From: an uncultured Gemmatimonadales bacterium
Lineage (GTDB): Bacteria; Gemmatimonadota; Gemmatimonadetes; Gemmatimonadales; GWC2-71-9
DNA: 64,000 bases
NCBI GenBank assembly: GCA_963739455.1
Contig: CAVUAK010000003.1
Span: 352,001-416,000 of the forward strand
Direction: 5' to 3'
A model generated the notes under the pieces. It saw only the letters and a program-made list of their open reading frames with translations, was not told the DNA's origin and ran no database searches. Within the stretch, counting starts at the first letter, position 1. Every line of letters starts with the position of its first letter. Below, piece after piece: positions 56,214 through 64,000 of this stretch. The position numbers were made by a program, and so were the translations under genes.

Positions 56214-56231
56214 TTGTGATTTTTTTCACAA
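56214..56231. promoter_or_regulatory. palindromic operator TTGTGA-N6-TCACAA (Rex- or CRP-family) upstream of actA
   Basis: TTGTGATTTTTTTCACAA, 79 nt before the actA ATG; candidate -10 TATCTT at 56238-56243. Confidence 0.7.
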
Positions 56232-56309
56232 GATCGATATCTTACCTGTGCCGCGGCGTTCCGCTGCGGCATTCGCGCGGTCGGTTCTCCCCTGAGCGGT
56301 GAAGCGATA

Positions 56310-56888
56310 ATGCGGAAGTCGGCATGGATAATGGTGGGTGCAGGTGCGGCGGCGATCCTCGCGGTCGCGGCCATTGGACGGCCTTCCGGCGCGCAGCAGC
56401 CGGCGGCGCCGCCCAGTGTCGTGCTGGCGGCGTCCGATTCAGCGGCGTTCAAGGGTCCGCGCCAGCCGGTCTATTTCCGCCACGATATCCATGCCGGCCA
56501 GTACCAGATCACCTGCCAGTACTGCCACTACTCGGTGGCGGTGAGCAGCGAGCCGGGCATTCCATCCATGCAGACCTGCATGGGGTGTCACCTCATCGTG
56601 GGCGGCAGCGACAGCGCCAACCAGCTCCAGATCGCGAAGGTGCGGCAGGCGTGGAACGACAAGAAGCCCATCGAGTGGGTTCGCGTGCATTCCCTGGCCC
56701 GTCACGTTCACTTCCCGCATTCGCAGCACATCAAGGCAATGGGGCCGAATGCATGCGCCACCTGTCATGGCGACGTGACCCGCATGCCCCAGGTGTACAA
56801 GGTGAACAACATCAACAACATGGGATGGTGCATCAACTGCCATCTCGCGCGGGATGTGCAGCGCGACTGCACAGCGTGTCACTACTAG
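56310..56888 (+). CDS. actA: alternative complex III pentaheme cytochrome c
   Basis: Five CxxCH motifs (CQYCH, CMGCH, CATCH, CINCH, CTACH), N-terminal TM, QP..F.H..H, MGWC..CH. Confidence 0.92.
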   Translation: MRKSAWIMVGAGAAAILAVAAIGRPSGAQQPAAPPSVVLAASDSAAFKGPRQPVYFRHDIHAGQYQITCQYCHYSVAVSSEPGIPSMQTCMGCHLIVGGSDSANQLQIAKVRQAWNDKKPIEWVRVHSLARHVHFPHSQHIKAMGPNACATCHGDVTRMPQVYKVNNINNMGWCINCHLARDVQRDCTACHY

Positions 56889-56893
56889 GAACC

Positions 56894-56952
56894 AGGACGT
56901 GAGGACGTGAGGACGTGAAGTCATCGAGTCTTCAAGTCCTCACGCTTTCAAG
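56894..56952. repeat. octamer tandem repeat (GGACGTGA)x3 with degenerate inverted copies
   Basis: AGGACGTGAGGACGTGAGGACGTGAAG ... TCTTCAAGTCCTCACG between actA and actB. Confidence 0.8.
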
Positions 56953-56968
56953 CCCCATCGGAGCCTGA

Positions 56969-59983
<3,015 letters not shown>

Positions 59984-59984
<1 letters not shown>

Positions 59985-61335
59985 TGGCCGTGATCGCCCA
60001 GCCGCCCCCGACGCAGACCCACGGCGACGTCACCCGCGACGTCGTCGGCACGCTCTCGCCGGCCACGCGCGGATACAACCTGATGCTGGCGGGGGCCGTC
60101 GGCCTCTTCCTGGTGGGCGTCGTCACCTTCACGCTCATCCTGCGTGACGGACTCGGACTCGCCGGCTACCAGCCGCCGATCTTCTGGTCGGTGTTCATCA
60201 CCACGTTCGTGTTCTGGGTCGGCATCGGCCACGCCGGTACGCTCATCTCGGCGATCCTGTTCCTGTTCCGCTCGCCCTGGCGCACCGCGGTCTACCGCGC
60301 CACCGAGGCGATGACGGTGTTCGCCGTCATGACGGCCGGCCTGTTCCCGATCATCCACATCGGGCGCCAGTGGATCTTCTACTGGCTGCTGCCGTACCCG
60401 AACCAGCGGTACCTCTGGCCCAACTTCAAGTCACCGCTCGTGTGGGACGTCTTCGCGATCGGGACGTACCTCACGGTCTCCACCCTGTTCCTGTTCTTCG
60501 GCCTCATCCCCGATGTCGCCGCGGTGCGCGACAAGGCGACGGGCTGGCGGAAGCAGGTGTACGGCGCGCTCTCGCTCAACTGGCAGGGCACCGACAACCA
60601 GTGGCGGCACTACTCACGGGCCTACCTGTACCTCGCCGCCCTCGCGACGCCGCTGGTGCTCTCGGTGCACTCCGTCGTGTCCTGGGACTTCGCCAGTCGC
60701 TCATCCCCGGCTGGCACGCCACCATCTTCGCCCCGTACTTCGTGGCGGGCGCCATCTTCTCCGGCGTCGGCATGGTGTTCACGCTGCTGATCCCGCTTCG
60801 CAAGCACCTGAAGCTCGAGCACATGATCACCGACTACCACTTCGACAACATGTCGAAGCTGACGCTGTTCACCGGGACGATCCTCTTCTATGCCTACGGC
60901 ATGGAGTACTTCGTCGCCTGGTACAGCGGCGAACACCTTCGAGCAGACCACCTTCTGGCGCCGGGCCTTCGGGCCGATACTGGTGGGGCGGCTGGGCGAT
61001 GATCATCTGCAACGGGTTCGTGTCCGCAGCTGCTCTGGTTCAAGAAGGTCCGGGTCAACCTGACGGCGCTCTTCGTCATCTCGATCTTCATCAACATCGG
61101 CATGTGGTTCGAGCGCTACGTGATCATCAACTCGCTGTCGAACGACTATGTCCCGTATGCGTGGGACAGCATGGTGCCCACCTGGGCGGACTGGGGCATT
61201 CTCGCCGGGTCCTTCGGCTGGTTCGGCATGTGGTTCCTGCTCTTCGCCAAGAACTTCCCGATCGTGGCGATCCAGGAGATCAAGGAGTTCATCCCCATGC
61301 CGCGCAAGCACGCGGCCAGCGCGGGGCATCACTGA
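59984..61335 (+). CDS. actC: ACIII NrfD-family quinol-oxidising membrane subunit (frameshifts 60695-61025)
   Basis: [60 protein letters not shown]. Confidence 0.92.
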
Positions 61336-61853
61336 TGGCCAGGAAGACGGCGGTCACTCCGGGAGTCCTCGCGTCGTTCGAGCACATCGACGTCGCCTGT
61401 GACACCATCAAGGCACTGCGGGCCAAGGGCCGGAAGGACATCACGGTCTACTACTCGCACCCCAGCCATGAACTCGAGGAGGCGTGCGGCCACAAGGTGA
61501 GCCCGGTGCGGCTGTTCACCCTCATCGGCGGCCTCACCGGCACCACCGCGGCCTTCTCCATGCAGATCTGGATGAACCGCAGCTGGCCGTTGCTCGTGGG
61601 CGGCAAGCCAATCGTGGCGATCCCCGCGTTCGTCGTGATCGGGTTCGAGCTCACGGTGCTCATCGGAGCGTTGTCCACCCTCTTCGGGGTGTTCTTCCTC
61701 TCGACCATCCTGCGGCACAAGGGCGTGACCTACGACGGGCGCTTCAGCGACGATCGCATCGGTGTATTCGTGCCGGCCGGCCCCGACCAGGCGGCGGGCC
61801 TCGAGAAGATGTTCAAGGATGCCGGGGCGGTGGAGGTGAAGCGTGCGGCTTAG
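61335..61853 (+). CDS. actD: ACIII subunit D (DUF3341)
   Basis: WPL.VGGKP, FELTVL, RFS.DR, GAVEV; position in the operon. Confidence 0.88.
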   Translation: MARKTAVTPGVLASFEHIDVACDTIKALRAKGRKDITVYYSHPSHELEEACGHKVSPVRLFTLIGGLTGTTAAFSMQIWMNRSWPLLVGGKPIVAIPAFVVIGFELTVLIGALSTLFGVFFLSTILRHKGVTYDGRFSDDRIGVFVPAGPDQAAGLEKMFKDAGAVEVKRAA

Positions 61854-62505
61854 CTCCTGGTTGCGCACCGTGGCGCTGGCGGCGCTCACCCTGTCGACGG
61901 GTGCGTGTGACTACTGGTATAACACCGTGCCGTCGCCCGACCAGCTCTGGTACCACATTCCGTGGTTCGACCAGATGATCTACATGCGGTCGATCCGGCC
62001 GTATTCCAGCAACGATGTGCCGCGCTACACCGTGAAGGGGACGGTTCCCATCGGTGGCGGTGAGGCGGACTGGGACACCGGCGATGCGTCGGTCGGCGCC
62101 TATGCATTCGACGCGGCCGTCGCCGACAAGCTCGCCAACCCCACCACCACGGGTGGCGTGGCGGCGCAGCCCGGTCCCGACCTGCCGGTCATTCCCGGAG
62201 ATCTCGCGGCGAAGGGCGATACCCTCTTCAACACCTACTGCGCCACCTGCCACGGTCACACCGGGGCGGGGAATGGCCCGGTGTCGGCCCGCATGGTGGG
62301 CATTCCCTCGCTGCTGACGGCGCAGGCCCGCGGCTATACCGACGGCTACCTCTACAGCATGATCCGGTACGGGCGGGGGCTCATGCCCAAGTACGGCGAC
62401 AAGGTGCCGAACCCCACCAATCGCTGGGCCATCGTGAATCACCTGCGGACGCTGCAGGCTCAGTCACCACTGCCGGCAGCGGCCCCGACCGGAGGCAAGA
62501 ACTGA
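61843..62505 (+). CDS. actE: ACIII monoheme cytochrome c lipoprotein
   Basis: Lipobox TGAC, single CATCH, DG.LY..I..G.G.MP.Y, RWAIV.HLR.LQ. Confidence 0.9.
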   Translation: MRLSSWLRTVALAALTLSTGACDYWYNTVPSPDQLWYHIPWFDQMIYMRSIRPYSSNDVPRYTVKGTVPIGGGEADWDTGDASVGAYAFDAAVADKLANPTTTGGVAAQPGPDLPVIPGDLAAKGDTLFNTYCATCHGHTGAGNGPVSARMVGIPSLLTAQARGYTDGYLYSMIRYGRGLMPKYGDKVPNPTNRWAIVNHLRTLQAQSPLPAAAPTGGKN

Positions 62506-63851
62506 TGGCGCCGCGCAAGCTCCGCCAGCGCCTGGTCGAGGCATCGCTCGCCGGTCGCTACGACATCCACCTCGGCGTGGGCCTTGGCCTGGCCCTGCTG
62601 GGCCTGGTGCTGTTCCCGCTCGCGCTGCGGGGCGGGAATGCCGATCGCGCCTGGCAGATGTTCCACGTCAACTGGATCTACTTCACCGGCATAACCGGTG
62701 GCAGCATCGCGCTGGCGGCAGTGCACAAGGTGGTGAACGCCCGCTGGTCCGGCATGGTGATCCGCTTCGCCGAGGCCGTGGTCGCCTTCACGCCGATATC
62801 GCTGCTCGGGTGCGTGCTGGTCTACACCGTGGGCTATCCCCACATCTACGGCCACATGCAGGAGCAGTTGCCGGCGATGTCGCACGCCAAGCAGGTGTGG
62901 CTCTCTCACGGTGCCATGTTTGCCCGGATCTTCATCGGCCTGTGCGTGCTGTACTGGGTGGGCTGGAAGCTGATTCGCACTGATCTCGTGCCCGATGTCT
63001 TCGCGGCGAAGGGGCTGGCCACCGGCGGTCGGCGCGCGATGTTCGAGCGCTGGACGAGGAACTTTGACGGGTCGGAAGGCGCCATTGAGCAGGTGGAGCG
63101 CCGGCTCAAGACCCTCGGGCCGATCTACGTCATCATCTACGCTCTTGTGTTCACCATGGTGGCGTTCGACGGCATCATGGCGCTTCAGCCGCACTGGTTC
63201 TCCAACCTGCTCGGCGGCTGGTACTTCATGGGCTCGTTCCTGGGCGCGCACATGTTGCTGGCGCTCAACATGATCTACGGCGGGAAGCACCTGGGCGTCG
63301 AGGACCTGATCTCGGGCAAGCAGCGCCACGACCTCGGCAAGCTCTGCTTCGGCTTCTCGGTGTTCTGGACCTACCTGATGTGGGCCCAGTTCCAGGTGAT
63401 CTGGTACGCCAACCTGCCGGAGGAAACCGGCTTCGTCTTCGCCCGGCTCTGGGGCCCCTGGGTCCCGGTGGCCAAGGCCGTGCTCTCGGGCATGTTCTTC
63501 ATCCCGTTTGCCGTACTGCTCGGCGTGGCGCCGAAGAAGAGCCGGCTCATTCTCGGCACCATTGCCTGCGTCAGCCTCACGGCGCTGTTCCTGGAGCGCT
63601 ACCTGATGGTCATGCCCTCGGTGAGCGAGGAGAACGGTCCCGTGTTCGGCATGCCGGAACTCGGGCCGACGGCGCTCTTCTTCGGCCTCTTCCTGGCAAC
63701 GTACGCGTTGTGGGCCCGCACCTATCCCATGATCTCGCCGCGCCTCGCCGAGATCACGCTCGACCGCGAAGTGCACCATCACGAGACGGAGACCTACGAT
63801 CACGAAGACACGGACAAGGACTTCGTGCACGAAGGGGATCTGGAGAAGTAG
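62505..63851 (+). CDS. actF: ACIII membrane subunit F
   Basis: Polytopic; D..MAL.PHWFS, HDLGKL.FGFS.FWTYL.WAQ...IWYANLPEET. Confidence 0.9.
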   Translation: MAPRKLRQRLVEASLAGRYDIHLGVGLGLALLGLVLFPLALRGGNADRAWQMFHVNWIYFTGITGGSIALAAVHKVVNARWSGMVIRFAEAVVAFTPISLLGCVLVYTVGYPHIYGHMQEQLPAMSHAKQVWLSHGAMFARIFIGLCVLYWVGWKLIRTDLVPDVFAAKGLATGGRRAMFERWTRNFDGSEGAIEQVERRLKTLGPIYVIIYALVFTMVAFDGIMALQPHWFSNLLGGWYFMGSFLGAHMLLALNMIYGGKHLGVEDLISGKQRHDLGKLCFGFSVFWTYLMWAQFQVIWYANLPEETGFVFARLWGPWVPVAKAVLSGMFFIPFAVLLGVAPKKSRLILGTIACVSLTALFLERYLMVMPSVSEENGPVFGMPELGPTALFFGLFLATYALWARTYPMISPRLAEITLDREVHHHETETYDHEDTDKDFVHEGDLEK

Positions 63852-63990
63852 ACGTGAGGACGTGAGGACGTGAGGACGTGAAGAAGGGGGCGGAATCGCG
63901 TGATTCCGCCCCCTTCTTCGCTTTCCCCCGACCTCACGTCTTCACGTCTTCACGTCTTCACGTCTTCACGTCTTCACGTCTTCACGTCCT
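63851..63990. repeat. octamer repeat arrays in inverted orientation flanking the terminator
   Basis: (GACGTGAG/A)x4 at 63851-63882 and (TCACGTCT/C)x7 at 63934-63989. Confidence 0.9.
63880..63919. terminator. terminator hairpin after actF
   Basis: GAAGAAGGGGGCGGAATC-GCGT-GATTCCGCCCCCTTCTTC. Confidence 0.8.
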
Positions 63991-64000
63991 ATTTCACCCT

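Noticed and set aside
63851..63990. CRISPR array
   Set aside because: 8-bp units are contiguous with no spacers; no cas genes.

Overview
High-GC bacterial chromosomal window. Gemmatimonadota is my inference, from the membrane-anchored Hanks kinase-TPR paralogs, the many lipoproteins and alternative complex III. About 19 otherwise intact genes carry single-base frameshifts, most consistent with unpolished long-read indels. Gene content in order: 5'-nucleotidase, a degenerate HD protein, queE, queC, an SRPBCC-TIGR01777 fusion, speA, gltA, ARH-like and GT39-like genes, an M28 peptidase, two kinase-TPR genes coupled to queF, acyl-CoA dehydrogenase with TetR, an Ig-repeat lipoprotein and a hydrolase. 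These are followed by an archaeal-type HMG-CoA synthase/thiolase/DUF35 trio, gltB, a divergent leuA-ilvBN-ilvC-leuCDB operon, ilvD, a porin, two more kinases, dinB, wtpBC-like ABC genes, ferritin, trmJ and actA-F. The most notable signals lie outside the supplied ORF track: (1) back-to-back leader-peptide attenuators, a classic Leu/Val/Ile one for leuA and an unexpected one for glutamate synthase gltB; (2) an Asn-rich uORF plus hairpin before the porin; (3) a ~155-bp diverged duplication of a convergent gene junction flanking an orphan lipoprotein; (4) a probable ATC start for speA; (5) structured intergenic RNAs; (6) a Rex/CRP-type operator and octamer inverted repeats around the ACIII operon.
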